From IMG/VR virus record IMGVR_UViG_2703718774_000012: a DNA stretch of 64,000 bases, one strand, 5' to 3'. Origin of the DNA: a virus (taxonomy: Duplodnaviria > Heunggongvirae > Uroviricota > Caudoviricetes). Both the position numbers and the translations under genes were made by a program. Within the stretch, counting starts at the first letter, position 1, and each line of letters starts with the position of its first letter. Below are positions 1 to 13,300 of the stretch, piece by piece. Below the pieces are notes generated by a model, which did no database searches, was not told where the DNA came from, and was given only the letters and a program-made list of their open reading frames with translations.

Positions 1-885
1 TAAACCTGATTTTGCCCGGACATTGCGACCCGGATGACTTATCGTTCCCGCCGCTGACTTTGACATGTATTTAACCTTCAAATCCTCAATGACAATCATT
101 GCGTGGTTTTTGCTGATGATCGTTGTGACTTTATGAAGGTAGTCTCTGCGGATATTTGCGATACGAAAATGCAGTCGCTGTATTTTGCGTTTCTGCTTCT
201 GCCAGTTGTTGCTGAATTTGACCTTGCGGCTTAACTGTCGCTGAAGTCTCGCCAGCTTCTTCTGGTTTTTCTGAAAACTGTTTACAGGCTCAAAGACTGT
301 GCCATCTGACAGCGTGGCGAGTTTAGCCACGCCAGCATCCAGCCCGATCATTGATGCTGAAGGGTGAACCGGAGTGGATATTTCACTTTCTGTCTGAATA
401 CTGATGTACCACTTACCGCAGGACTGGCTGACAGTGACATTTTTCACAACTCCCGTGACCTGACGGCTATTCCGGTAGCGCATCCAGCCCAGTTTCGGCA
501 GAAAAATACGGCTGTTTTCCTGATCGAGCTTAACGCCCTGCGGGTAGCGAAATGCATCATTCTGTCCCCGCTTTTTGAATCGGGGAAAAGCAGCCCGATT
601 CTGGAAGAAGTTTTTGTAAGCCCGCTCAAGGTCTTTCAGTGACTGTTGCAATGGCTGTGAGGGAGAATCTATAAGCCATTCGGTTTCAGTGTCTTTTTTC
701 CACTCAACCAACCAGGAAGCCATTTTCGTGTAAGGGATGTATTTTTTACCGGCCTCATGATTCTCATTCTGAAGCGCCAGAGCACGGTTGAAAACGAAAC
801 GACAAGCTCCGGCAAAGCGCCTCATTTGACACTCCTGTTGACCATCTGGTTTTAACCGGAATTTGAATGACACCTGTTGTTTCAT
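1..885 (-). CDS. tnpB: IS200/IS605-family TnpB (OrfB)-like protein, N-terminal 295 codons; gene continues beyond window start
   Basis: Manual minus-strand translation is open from ATG 885 down to position 1 (MKQQVSFKFRLKPDGQQECQMRRFAGACRFVFNRALAL...IEDLKVKYMSKSAAG), with a stop at 895-897 just upstream. Not in the ORF track because it has no in-window stop. Confidence 0.75.
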   Translation of the reverse strand, partial: MKQQVSFKFRLKPDGQQECQMRRFAGACRFVFNRALALQNENHEAGKKYIPYTKMASWLVEWKKDTETEWLIDSPSQPLQQSLKDLERAYKNFFQNRAAFPRFKKRGQNDAFRYPQGVKLDQENSRIFLPKLGWMRYRNSRQVTGVVKNVTVSQSCGKWYISIQTESEISTPVHPSASMIGLDAGVAKLATLSDGTVFEPVNSFQKNQKKLARLQRQLSRKVKFSNNWQKQKRKIQRLHFRIANIRRDYLHKVTTIISKNHAMIVIEDLKVKYMSKSAAGTISHPGRNVRAKSGL

Positions 886-984
886 GTCACTATTTTAAGC
901 AAAAATAGCCGGGAGGAAAACTGTGCCTTATATCCCCACTATGAGGAGCGTAGGGGGCGGCACATTGGATAAGGCGTAACAGGG

Positions 985-3972
985 ATGAGCTTAAGCGATC
1001 AGGTGGTAATGGCCACCAGCATAGAAACGCTGATCGAGCTGCTAAAGAACCTGCCCGATTATGGGCGGGTTTCGTATGTGGTGACAGCGAAGGGAGACGA
1101 GGTAAAAACAGCGTTTGATATCGTCGATGCCTCAGCTCTTTTGGTATCCAATACTCTGGATGGGAAAATTAATCCAGACTATCCCCAGGAACTTCAGCCG
1201 CGCGACCGGACCCGCGCATCCAGCCTTCTTCAGGTCAACCAGATATCCAAGGATTTGCGTCCTGCCCAGCTTACCGATTCCGGTTTATCCAGCCATGGCG
1301 CGCCAATAATTGGTGAGGACAATGCCGTTGAGTCAGGTAATGGGCGGACCATGGGGATCATTAAAGCCTATCAGGACGGTAATGCGGATCGGTATCGGGA
1401 GTACCTGATTGAACATGCGACCGAATTCGGCATACGGCCTGAAAAGGTTGAATCAATGACGGCTCCGGTACTGGTGCGCCGCCGGTTAACGACGGTTGAC
1501 CGTGTTCAGTTTGCCAAGGACTCAAATATTTCTGATCTCCAGGAAATGGCAGCCAGTGAAAAGGCTTTTGTTGATGCCGACAGCATAACACCGGCGATGA
1601 TGGCGCTTTTTAACCCGTCAGAAAGCGGAGATCTGCTTAGCCGCAGTAATGACGCGTTTATTCGCGGATTTATGACGCAAGTTGGTGCCACACAGGCGGC
1701 TGGCCTTGTAACTGAAGATGGGCGACCAACACGGCAACTTGTTGACCGTATACAAAACGCGATCTTTGCCAAGGCATATAAGGATGCGCGCCTGGTAAGG
1801 ATGGTTGCAGAAGAACCTGATCCGGATATGCGTAATGTTCTGACGGCGCTTAATGCGGCAGCCAATGATTTTGTCCAGATGCAGGCTTTATCAGGAGAAG
1901 CGCACAAGCAGGCTGTGACAACTATTGTTGATGGCATTGAGACAGCGGATAGCCTCGATAAAAAGGCGCTGGCGGCATTGAAAGATGCGGTAGACCTGGT
2001 AAGGCAATCGAAGGAGTCAGGCCAGCATATTACCGATGTTATTGCTCAGGGGGATATGTTCAGCGAAACGGCCCCGGAGGTGAAAGCACTCGCGTTGTTC
2101 ATCGTCGCGAATAACCGTAGCGCGAAGCGTATGGCCACCGCCTTTAAGTTGATGGCGCAACGTATCAATGATGAGTTACAGCACCAGGGCCAGGCGCTCG
2201 GGGATATGTTTGGCGGCGGCGATGTGTCGTTACAGGATATCCTTCGCCAAGTATCTCAGGAACTGGAAAACGAAGGTATGCAAGGGATATCTGGCGGTCT
2301 TTTCGAGTCAGCTTCTGGCGGTAGTTACAACGGTGTTGCTCCATATACCAGCTTGCTATTACATCGGGCATCCGGCATCAAAGACATTATTCATCTGATC
2401 AGGCTGCTTTCCCGTACAGATCCCCAGGATGAACAGCTTGTTCAAGTGCTTGCGCATTTTGTTCGAATGCCTGTTGCCGACGTGAAAAAATGGTGCCGAT
2501 TATTCGGTATCAGCAATTCGTTACTTCGCGGCTTGTTAAATCACGCATCTTCCCTTGGGCGCGATGGCTTTGACGAGATAGCGCAGGCGATAAAAAACGG
2601 AGATATGCCACCAGCTATTGACTGGTTTTCCATTCGCCCAACCAGGGTGAAAGCATTCCTTAGCGCGGCGCATTCGGCATCACCATTGGCAGAAATGGTT
2701 CAGAGGTTGTCGCTCATATTCACAGACCATACCGCGTTGGGTGATCTGACTCTGGACGAGATGAAAGAAGCCTCCATTCAGTGGGCCGATCAACAAAATG
2801 AGGTTAACTCAGACTTCTTGCCAGCATTCAGGAAGGCCGTTAGTAAAGCGGATGATGCCCGTGGAATTCTGAAGGCATTTAAGGCATTGCAAAGTCGTGT
2901 TAATAAACATGTCGGTGATATCTATGGGGTAACGGCGGAAGGCCGGGATATCCTTAAAGAGCACGGCATAACGCCAGAGTTTATTGATGAGATCAGGACT
3001 GATATGCAGCGTGAGGTCGTATCGTCCCTGCAAATCGTAGCCAGAGCGTTGGCGGATGCTAATCCGAAGAGTGCGGCCATTGTTAACCGGGTTATTGGTG
3101 ATATTGAAGCATCGGAGGGCATGGGGGCGCTGAAACTCTTCCTTTCGCGAGCGTTTAATCCTAACGGCAATATTCTCCCTGGCATTATTGGTGAGGCTAA
3201 AAAGTATGTCAGTGAAGAAGAACTTGAGCAGCTTGACCAACTACTTAAGCGATTCTCATATAACCCGCAGACACGCTGGCAAATGAATCAGCGAAGTATG
3301 GGTTCGGTCCACGAGAAAGTGTTATCTGCCATGAACAGTGCGATCGCAAACTCATCCGTATCTGAAGAAAAAGCTCTTGAGTGGGCCGACTCTTTTATCA
3401 CAGAAGAAGTGGAAGAAGCCCGCGCTGGACAGAATGGTGGGATAGACCTGCGCAAGGAACTTGCTGATATTTATCGCCTGACCGGCGGGAAAATATCGAC
3501 CTTATCAAAGGTAGTTCACCACCAGGGAAGGGCATATGCAAATCTAAATGGTGTTGTTGCTGTCAATTTGAACGATGAAAATGCAAGTGCACTGTGGCAC
3601 GAGCTGGGTCATCATCTTGAGTACAGTAACCCTGGTTTGTTAGAGAAAGCCCGGTCATTCCTGAAGGCCAATGTTGAAGGGGATAAGCCATCTTTCGTCA
3701 ATATCGGTGGGCGTGGCAAGCCTGAATGGTGCTTCAGATCTCGATTGAGTAATATTTATATGGCGAAGGTATACCCGCCAGCCTCAGTAAGTAACACCGG
3801 GAAAATTCGGCATAAATCACCGACTATTTCCAAAACGTCAGCAACGGAAGTATTCTCTATGGCTCTTCAGTTGTATCATGACAAAGAGGCCGCTGCCGCA
3901 TCACTGATGAATGGTGACGGATTGCTGGAACTGTTATTAGGTGTGGCAAAGGAGCTAAATAATGCAGATTAA
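985..3972 (+). CDS. large hypothetical protein (995 aa) with HExxH-type motif near C-terminus; possibly a Ddr-like antirestriction-operon protein
   Basis: Long ORF in track; HELGHH at nt 3598-3615; Ddr-like name is inference from position next to the ssb/lyz block only. Confidence 0.6.
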   Translation: MSLSDQVVMATSIETLIELLKNLPDYGRVSYVVTAKGDEVKTAFDIVDASALLVSNTLDGKINPDYPQELQPRDRTRASSLLQVNQISKDLRPAQLTDSGLSSHGAPIIGEDNAVESGNGRTMGIIKAYQDGNADRYREYLIEHATEFGIRPEKVESMTAPVLVRRRLTTVDRVQFAKDSNISDLQEMAASEKAFVDADSITPAMMALFNPSESGDLLSRSNDAFIRGFMTQVGATQAAGLVTEDGRPTRQLVDRIQNAIFAKAYKDARLVRMVAEEPDPDMRNVLTALNAAANDFVQMQALSGEAHKQAVTTIVDGIETADSLDKKALAALKDAVDLVRQSKESGQHITDVIAQGDMFSETAPEVKALALFIVANNRSAKRMATAFKLMAQRINDELQHQGQALGDMFGGGDVSLQDILRQVSQELENEGMQGISGGLFESASGGSYNGVAPYTSLLLHRASGIKDIIHLIRLLSRTDPQDEQLVQVLAHFVRMPVADVKKWCRLFGISNSLLRGLLNHASSLGRDGFDEIAQAIKNGDMPPAIDWFSIRPTRVKAFLSAAHSASPLAEMVQRLSLIFTDHTALGDLTLDEMKEASIQWADQQNEVNSDFLPAFRKAVSKADDARGILKAFKALQSRVNKHVGDIYGVTAEGRDILKEHGITPEFIDEIRTDMQREVVSSLQIVARALADANPKSAAIVNRVIGDIEASEGMGALKLFLSRAFNPNGNILPGIIGEAKKYVSEEELEQLDQLLKRFSYNPQTRWQMNQRSMGSVHEKVLSAMNSAIANSSVSEEKALEWADSFITEEVEEARAGQNGGIDLRKELADIYRLTGGKISTLSKVVHHQGRAYANLNGVVAVNLNDENASALWHELGHHLEYSNPGLLEKARSFLKANVEGDKPSFVNIGGRGKPEWCFRSRLSNIYMAKVYPPASVSNTGKIRHKSPTISKTSATEVFSMALQLYHDKEAAAASLMNGDGLLELLLGVAKELNNAD

Positions 3973-4282
3973 AATCGCAGCGCCATTAGGCGGAGATGCC
4001 ATTATCGAATTTGATGATAATGAAGAAGTTTCCGGGCGTTTGAGCATTATCTCCGGTGACATTACCGAGGACATGATCGCTGAAGCCATAGCTGGGGCAA
4101 ATCCCAATAGCTATATGGGATTCGTTAACACCCTTGATGCTCCCGCAAGTGATGTTCTCCGAACGCTGCATCTTTACGCTGGCTGGTTTGTTGATTGGCC
4201 AGCAGTAGATGGTGGCGATGAGGATGATGATGACGATGAAGAGGTTTTTAGTGATGAAACAGTAAACCAACTCTTGTATTGA
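3962..4282 (+). CDS. small acidic protein (106 aa) overlapping end of upstream gene
   Basis: ORF track; start overlaps 3' end of 985..3972; acidic tail DGGDEDDDDDEE. Confidence 0.55.
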   Translation: MQIKIAAPLGGDAIIEFDDNEEVSGRLSIISGDITEDMIAEAIAGANPNSYMGFVNTLDAPASDVLRTLHLYAGWFVDWPAVDGGDEDDDDDEEVFSDETVNQLLY

Positions 4283-4411
4283 CAGGAATTGGCATAGAAT
4301 TGATTGTTCAAATTTCATCCATCACATAGACGACTTCATGTTATTTGCCTGATAATTATGGCCTTAATAACCCATGTATATCTTTTGGGTTATATTCTTA
4401 TCTTTAACAAG

Positions 4412-4457
4412 GTTATAAGAGCGACAATGATAAATTTATCACTATCGCTCTTATAAC
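4412..4457. promoter_or_regulatory. nested inverted repeat, candidate protein-binding site or bidirectional terminator
   Basis: Perfect 13-bp arms GTTATAAGAGCGA (4412-4424) and TCGCTCTTATAAC (4445-4457) around a 14-bp palindrome TGATAAATTTATCA (4428-4441); lies between convergent genes. Confidence 0.5.
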
Positions 4458-4485
4458 TCTTTGTTAGCTATAGCTTTAAACAAAT

Positions 4486-4773
4486 TTAGTTTTGAGGCAA
4501 TGCAACAAAAGTCAGCTCTTGATCTTTGATTAATGCTTTTGTTTGTTTGGATGTAATTCCCACTTTAGTTTTTACATCATTGTGGAGCTTCTTATACGCT
4601 TTTATTTCATCTGCTGTATATCGGAAGCCATTTGCACTGTTACTGGACAGTTGAAGTGCGATTACGTCATCACTGACACCCGCATCGCTTAGCTTAGCTA
4701 TGCGGGTAATAGTGTGGCCTGCGCGAGTGTTTGGGGTGGATATTTTGTCTAAGAAATTGTTCAGTTTTTCCAT
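4486..4773 (-). CDS. hypothetical Lys-rich protein (95 aa), stand-alone AT-rich gene
   Basis: ORF track; about 40% GC; AT-rich upstream region of about 220 bp. Confidence 0.5.
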   Translation of the reverse strand: MEKLNNFLDKISTPNTRAGHTITRIAKLSDAGVSDDVIALQLSSNSANGFRYTADEIKAYKKLHNDVKTKVGITSKQTKALIKDQELTFVALPQN

Positions 4774-4990
4774 TGTTTACAACCTCTTACTTGAGTTTAT
4801 TGCCAGTAGAATTGCCACTATTCTTTTGCCTCAACGAATCACAATGTACTGGAATAAGAAACTATGAGCAATACTTACGCTTTGCGAATACAGAAGATGA
4901 ATAATCAACTTATTACTAAAATGTTAATAATATTATTCTGTTACATAGTGTTCGCTATAACAATCGGGAGTTGAATGCTAATTCAATAAA

Positions 4991-5022
4991 TAAAGAACCC
5001 GCCAATTGGCGGGTTCTTTTTA
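4991..5022. terminator. bidirectional rho-independent terminator
   Basis: Hairpin AGAACCCGCC-AATT-GGCGGGTTCT followed by TTTTT on + strand and TTTATTTATT on - strand; overlaps stop of 5020..5808. Confidence 0.7.
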
Positions 5023-5808
5023 ATCACTTTCCACTTCTCCCGTGGTGTTTTCTTGCAGTTCTGTTAATGCAGCACGACATAGGTTCCGGGCATTGGCTAT
5101 AGCCACACTTTTGACTTCATCCGTCATCGTGCAGGTAATGTACTGATCTAGTTCTTCATCGCGGATGATGCTTTTGCCAATCAGAAACTGTATTTGCCAG
5201 AGCAGATCGGCATCCATAATCAGAATTTCTGCCGGGCCTTCAGGGCCAGCCGGGAAGGAAACATAAGACTGTTTGCCCAGGCCGACAACTCGACAACTTG
5301 CTTCAAGAATTGCGCGCTTGAGGTCTGACTTTATAACGGAAACAGGTTGATTTTCACCAGTGATTACGCCGTTGACATGGAAAGGCATGTAGCTTGAAAT
5401 TCGCTCTACTTTCCATACGCCAGCAAGCGATCCTTCATGCAGCACAATGGGGGTAACCGCGAGTTTCATCTCACCATATAACTGCTGGCAGATAGCTGGA
5501 TTGCTGAATACATCCAAAGGTTCACACTCAAACAGCGGCGCAATCTGCATGAGGTCCATCATGGTCATCCCTGGGGTACGAGCAGTAATGAATCTGCGCA
5601 TACCAGTATCCATTGCGCTCCAGATTGCTACACCATGCTTTTTGCTCACTTCTTCAGTAAAGCCAAGGTGGCACATGATGGTTTTTTCGATAGCCAGATC
5701 AGAGATAGAAACCTTTTCGCCTGGCACTCCATCATTATTGACGGTCACTTCGACACTCTGGCCATTACGTAGGCGGTATTGAATGGTTTTAGTATTTTGT
5801 GCTGTCAT
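5020..5808 (-). CDS. hypothetical protein (262 aa)
   Basis: ORF track; downstream of ssb on same strand; no motif recognised. Confidence 0.6.
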   Translation of the reverse strand: MTAQNTKTIQYRLRNGQSVEVTVNNDGVPGEKVSISDLAIEKTIMCHLGFTEEVSKKHGVAIWSAMDTGMRRFITARTPGMTMMDLMQIAPLFECEPLDVFSNPAICQQLYGEMKLAVTPIVLHEGSLAGVWKVERISSYMPFHVNGVITGENQPVSVIKSDLKRAILEASCRVVGLGKQSYVSFPAGPEGPAEILIMDADLLWQIQFLIGKSIIRDEELDQYITCTMTDEVKSVAIANARNLCRAALTELQENTTGEVESD

Positions 5809-6005
5809 AGTCTTTTCTCTGCTTAAAAACTGATGTATTGCGCCTTCAGGTTGGTTAGGAATGTTTTCCCACCAGCGAAAGCAATATCTCGGGGTGTTCT
5901 ATTCGTTAAAAGCGCGTGCCATTGCCAACTTTGGCGTTTTTGAGCGAGTTCGTGCTTTTGTCGGCGTCTGGACCACCGCTTTTTTTTCAGTCGTTTTTTA
6001 CACAT

Positions 6006-6494
6006 TCAAAACGGAATATCGTCGTCAAAGTCCATTGGAGGTTCGTTATTAGCGTTGCTCTGAGGTTTACCGCCACCACTGTATTGCTGGTGGTTTTGAG
6101 GTTGGTTTGATTGCCCCCAGCCATTTGTGGACTGTGAATCGTCGCGACGAGCGCCGATCATTTGCATGGTGCCGCCCTGGCTGACGATAATTTCCGTCGT
6201 GTAACGTTCTACACCGGCGTCATCTGTCCACTTACGGGTTTTAAGTTTCCCTTCGATGTAGACCTGAGAACCTTTTCGTAAATACTCACTCGCAATTTCA
6301 GCAAGTTTTCCGAACAAAACGACTTTATGCCATTCTGTTTGCTCTTTCTGTTGGCCCGTTTGCTTGTCGCGCCATGATTCATTCGTTGCGATGCTGAGTC
6401 TTCCGACCGCGCCGCCATTTGGTATATACCTGATCTCCGGGTCTTGCCCCAGGGTGCCAATCAGGATGACTTTGTTTACACCGCGTTGTGCCAC
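6006..6494 (-). CDS. ssb: single-stranded DNA-binding protein
   Basis: [20 protein letters not shown]... OB-fold N-terminus and acidic tail DFDDDIPF; GTG start. Confidence 0.95.
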   Translation of the reverse strand: MAQRGVNKVILIGTLGQDPEIRYIPNGGAVGRLSIATNESWRDKQTGQQKEQTEWHKVVLFGKLAEIASEYLRKGSQVYIEGKLKTRKWTDDAGVERYTTEIIVSQGGTMQMIGARRDDSQSTNGWGQSNQPQNHQQYSGGGKPQSNANNEPPMDFDDDIPF

Positions 6495-6513
6495 TTATCT
6501 TACCTAATAAAAT

Positions 6514-6530
6514 AAAATAATTAGAGCAAC
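6514..6530 (-). promoter_or_regulatory. C1 operator-like site upstream of ssb
   Basis: AAAATAATTAGAGCAAC matches 14/17 of the reverse complement of the recalled P1 operator consensus ATTGCTCTAATAAATTT. Confidence 0.5.
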
Positions 6531-6663
6531 AATGTATATCTTTGAAACGTAGCTAACAAGTGATTTGCATTATCCTGTGCCTTCTAAAGGGATCGAGTCA
6601 GTCGGTATTGGCTGTGAATGGGTGTTTGTCCTGGAGCGTAAAAAATTCGCTTATGAGGTCTTT

Positions 6664-7221
6664 ATGAAGGGAAAAACAGCCGCAGGAGGCGGTGCAATTT
6701 GCGCTATCGCGGTGATGATTACCATCGTGATGGGTAATGGCAATGTGCGAACCAACCAGGCGGGGCTTGAGCTGATTGGTAACGCTGAAGGTTGCCGACG
6801 TGATCCATACATGTGCCCGGCGGGGGTATGGACTGACGGGATCGGTAATACACACGGGGTAACGCCGGGTGTGCGAAAAACCGACCAGCAAATCGCCGCT
6901 GATTGGGAAAAGAATATCCTGATCGCTGAACGCTGTATTAATCAGCACTTTCGGGGCAAAGACATGCCCGATAATGCCTTCAGTGCAATGACAAGCGCGG
7001 CATTCAATATGGGATGCAATAGCTTACGGACCTACTACAGCAAAGCGCGAGGCATGCGAGTCGAAACGTCCATCCACAAGTGGGCGCAGAAAGGGGAATG
7101 GGTGAATATGTGTAACCATCTCCCTGATTTTGTGAACAGTAACGGCGTGCCCCTGCGAGGTTTAAAGATTCGCCGTGAAAAAGAACGCCAGCTTTGCCTG
7201 ACGGGGCTGATCAATGAATAA
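6664..7221 (+). CDS. lyz: SAR endolysin (phage lysozyme, 185 aa)
   Basis: MKGKTAAGGGAICAIAVMITIV signal-arrest-release segment, then lysozyme motif ELIGNAEGCRRDPYMCPAGVWTDGIGNTHG; start taken at internal ATG 6664 of track ORF 6565..7221. Confidence 0.92.
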   Translation: MKGKTAAGGGAICAIAVMITIVMGNGNVRTNQAGLELIGNAEGCRRDPYMCPAGVWTDGIGNTHGVTPGVRKTDQQIAADWEKNILIAERCINQHFRGKDMPDNAFSAMTSAAFNMGCNSLRTYYSKARGMRVETSIHKWAQKGEWVNMCNHLPDFVNSNGVPLRGLKIRREKERQLCLTGLINE

Positions 7222-7468
7222 ACTCCGGCAGCTCCGCCGACTTTCGACAATGAAGTTATCGCTGGCGGCGATAGTTTTCGACTCGATTTTCATGGCGGTA
7301 TATGTGCTCAATGAGACGTGGCCACTGGAACCGCTATTATATGCCGGGCTTCGGCTGTGCCTGACATTTTTGAGCATGGCTGCAAGATTGATGCAGCAGA
7401 AAGAAACCGCTTCAGATTGCCCACGTCGCGCGGTGCGCAAATATATGGCACGCAGACGAAGGCGATAA
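7214..7468 (+). CDS. small membrane protein (84 aa) translationally coupled to lyz; lysis-accessory candidate
   Basis: ATG 7214 overlaps the lyz stop; hydrophobic segments; Arg-rich C-terminus. Confidence 0.5.
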   Translation: MNKLRQLRRLSTMKLSLAAIVFDSIFMAVYVLNETWPLEPLLYAGLRLCLTFLSMAARLMQQKETASDCPRRAVRKYMARRRRR

Positions 7469-7481
7469 TAGTTAACGATAA

Positions 7482-7508
7482 CCCCGGCAGCCGCCGGGGT
7501 TATTTTTG
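7482..7508 (+). terminator. rho-independent terminator
   Basis: CCCCGGC-AGCC-GCCGGGG hairpin followed by TTATTTTTG. Confidence 0.8.
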
Positions 7509-7512
7509 ATGG

Positions 7513-10243
<2,731 letters not shown>

Positions 10244-10309
10244 TTAATTAGAATAATTTGCATCGTGTTTGAACGGAATTTAACACTAGTCACTTGTTAA
10301 GGATTACCA

Positions 10310-13300
10310 ATGAACAAGCTATCTATGGGGGTGTTTCGCTGTTCAAGTGTCAGCGAAATATTGAAATACATTAGGGCAATAACATCTCACCGAGCGCCGA
10401 TTAAATACGGCGTGGAAAAGGTGGAAGGCAAAAGCTATGACCGACTGCGCCGGGAGGCGAATCAGAAGGCGATAGATTTGCTTAATTCACTGGTGGACGG
10501 CGCGACACTGACAGATGAACAGCGCCAGATCCTGGCTGGGTACACCGGTGAAGGCGGCATTGGCGGGTCCGTCTCCGAATATTACACACCAAAGCCGATC
10601 GCTGAAGGTGTCTGGGAGATCATGAAGCTCTACGGCGCGGACGTAGGTAACACTCTGGAACCATCGGCGGGCACCGGCGTTTTTAATGAGACAAAACCGG
10701 TTGGTACGGTGATGACTGCGACTGAGATCAGCAGTGTTTCCGGTCGTATAAACCAGTTGTTACACCCGGAAGACAGCGTACAGATTTCCCCGTTCTAACA
10801 GCTGGCTATAAGCACACCTAACGATTCATTCGACCATGTTGTGGGTAACGTTCCGTTCGGCGGTCGTGATAACACACGCAACATCGATAAGCCTTACGCA
10901 GAAGAAACGGACATGGGTTCTTACTTCATGCTCCGCATGCTGGACAAGATAAAGCCAGGCGGATTCATGTGCGTGATTGTGCCGCCGTCCATTGTTTCAG
11001 GTTCAAACATGAAGCGGTTACGCCTGCGCCTATCACGGAAAGCAGAATTTCTTGGTGCCCACCGCTTGCCTACCGGTACTTTTGACGCAAACGGGACCAG
11101 TACGGTCGTAGATGTGGTGCTGATGCGCAAACATCCGGCAGAGATGGCTGAGAAAATCCCCCTGGTGGATGAAAGCACTCTTGAATCAGCAAATGTGCTT
11201 TGGCCAACGTTTATTTCTGGCAAGTGGTTTGAAAAGGATGGCCGCCGGTTTGTTCATGGCACCCAAGAAAAGGGCTTCCGGGGGCGTATTGAGGTTCGTG
11301 CCGACGGTCAGATTGATAACCAGGCTCTTAAAGCGAAGCTGATTCATCGTTTCGAAAGCCGTATCGACTGGTCTTTGCTCGATATGGCTGAACCGTCACC
11401 GACCGCAGACGTTGTTGGTGAAGGGGAAATGCGCCTGATTAATGGTGTATGGCAAAAATATGCTGGTGGTCGCTGGATTGAAGCTGATGCCGGGAAGGAA
11501 CTTAAGATCGATGCTGCCAGTTATGGCGCGGATAGCTGGGAGGCTCTTCAGCGTAACCTGACTACAACAGAAGGCCGTCTCGGCATGACATTTACCCAGA
11601 TGGCAAATGTCCGCGATAAGTACACCACATCAATCAGCGACGATATGGTGCAGCTGGTGGACTGGATTAACAGCCAGCCTGAAAAATACCGTGAACGCTT
11701 GTATCGCGGGGCGATGATTGGCCGGATGTTAATTGAATATCAGGACATGAAGGCCGCCGGGCATAGTGCTGAACAAATCGAACAGCAGCGCCTTTCTCTG
11801 GTATCCCGTTTGCAGGCAGAGATTGACCGTTTTGGTAACCCCGGTCGCGGTCCGATAGCGAAATTATCGGGGAGCGGTGCGCGCGCCTGGTTTGCTTTCC
11901 GTGGTGCAATTAAGCTGGATGGCACTATTTCTGACGAGCTGACAGGAAAACTGGTTACGCATGATTCCAGCGCCAGTTATGACTCCACCAGCTATCAGGA
12001 CACCCTGCGTTATCTCTACAGTGATCTCACTCGCGATCCAATCCAGCTCGATGATTTCCGCCTTGCGTTTACCGGCGAACTGCCAGCCAGTGATGATGAG
12101 TTGCTTAATTTATTGGCCAGCACCCCTGGCATTGCGGTTTCACCGTATGGCGGGATTGTTCCGTTCGCCCGCGCCACCAGCGGCGACATTAACGAGATAG
12201 TGGCTCCAAAACAGGAATTCCTCGCCACGCTCCCCGACGGTCCAGTAAAGAACAACGTCCTTAATCAGCTGGCAGCGATCGAAGAGAAGCGCATCAAGAC
12301 GCCAGCAGAGAATATCCGCTTTAAGCTCAATAGCCGTTGGTTCGACCGCTCCGTCATTCTGGAGTTTTTGCAGGAAAACGGCTATCCGGATCTGCGCTAT
12401 GTGCAGTCAGTGCAGCTGGAAGGCGACGAAATGGTTTCTGACACCTATCACGGTGGTGATGGTCTGTTCGTCGGGCACCGATACGGTGTCGTCCAGCGCA
12501 AGGATAAAGAAACAGGCGAGATCCGCTACGAGTGGGACCGTAAATCAGGTGAAAACGCGACCGGGTTCCCGGCACAGCTGGAAAAGTATCTCAATGGTGC
12601 GCGTATCGGTGGCAAAGATAGCGCGACGGCGAACGGCTACCGCGAGCAGATGGCACTGCTTGAGGACCAGTTCAATAAGTGGATCAAGACGCACGATCGC
12701 TACGATGAGCTGGTTGCCAAATACAACGATGTGTTCAATAGCAATATCCCGTATGAACACTCTGGCGATCCGCTTGGGTTGAAGGGATTAAGCGGTAAGC
12801 GCCAGCCATTTGATTACCAGAATAGCGAGGTGCGCCGACTGTCCGAAGATGGGCGCGGCATCCTGGGCTTCGGCACCGGGCTGGGTAAAACCACGACCGC
12901 GCTGGCGCTTGAGGCGTTCAACTATGAGAACGGTCGCTCCACCCGTACTGCTTATGTAGTGCCTAAATCAGTGCTGGAAAACTGGTATTACGAAGCAAAA
13001 GAGTTCCTGAGTGAAGAGGCATTCAGTAACTACCTGTTCGTCGGTCTTGATGTGCTGATGGATGGCGATCAGATTCGCCAGGTGCCGGTGCTCGATGAGA
13101 ACGGTAAACCTGTTCTTGGTACTGATGGCACTCCAGTTATGCGCGATGCTCTTAAGCTGGCAGATGAAGCCACTATCACGGCGCGGATGAACGCGATCCC
13201 GCACTCAAATTACCGTGCAGTCGTGTTTACCAAAGAACAATACGCCCGCATTCCGCTACGTGATGACACCGTAGATGAGCATGCACAAGACATGCTTTAT

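Noticed and set aside
1506-1937. Antisense 143-aa ORF inside the 995-aa gene; similar antisense or overlapping track ORFs occur inside pro/prt, darB, pacB, dmt and others
   Set aside because: They lie fully within and antisense to, or out of frame with, long confident genes and show no RBS or domain features.
10310-10798. The 162-aa ORF as an independent small methyltransferase gene
   Set aside because: It is in frame with the 2078-codon ORF and separated by a single TAA; together they form the 2255-codon darB frame.
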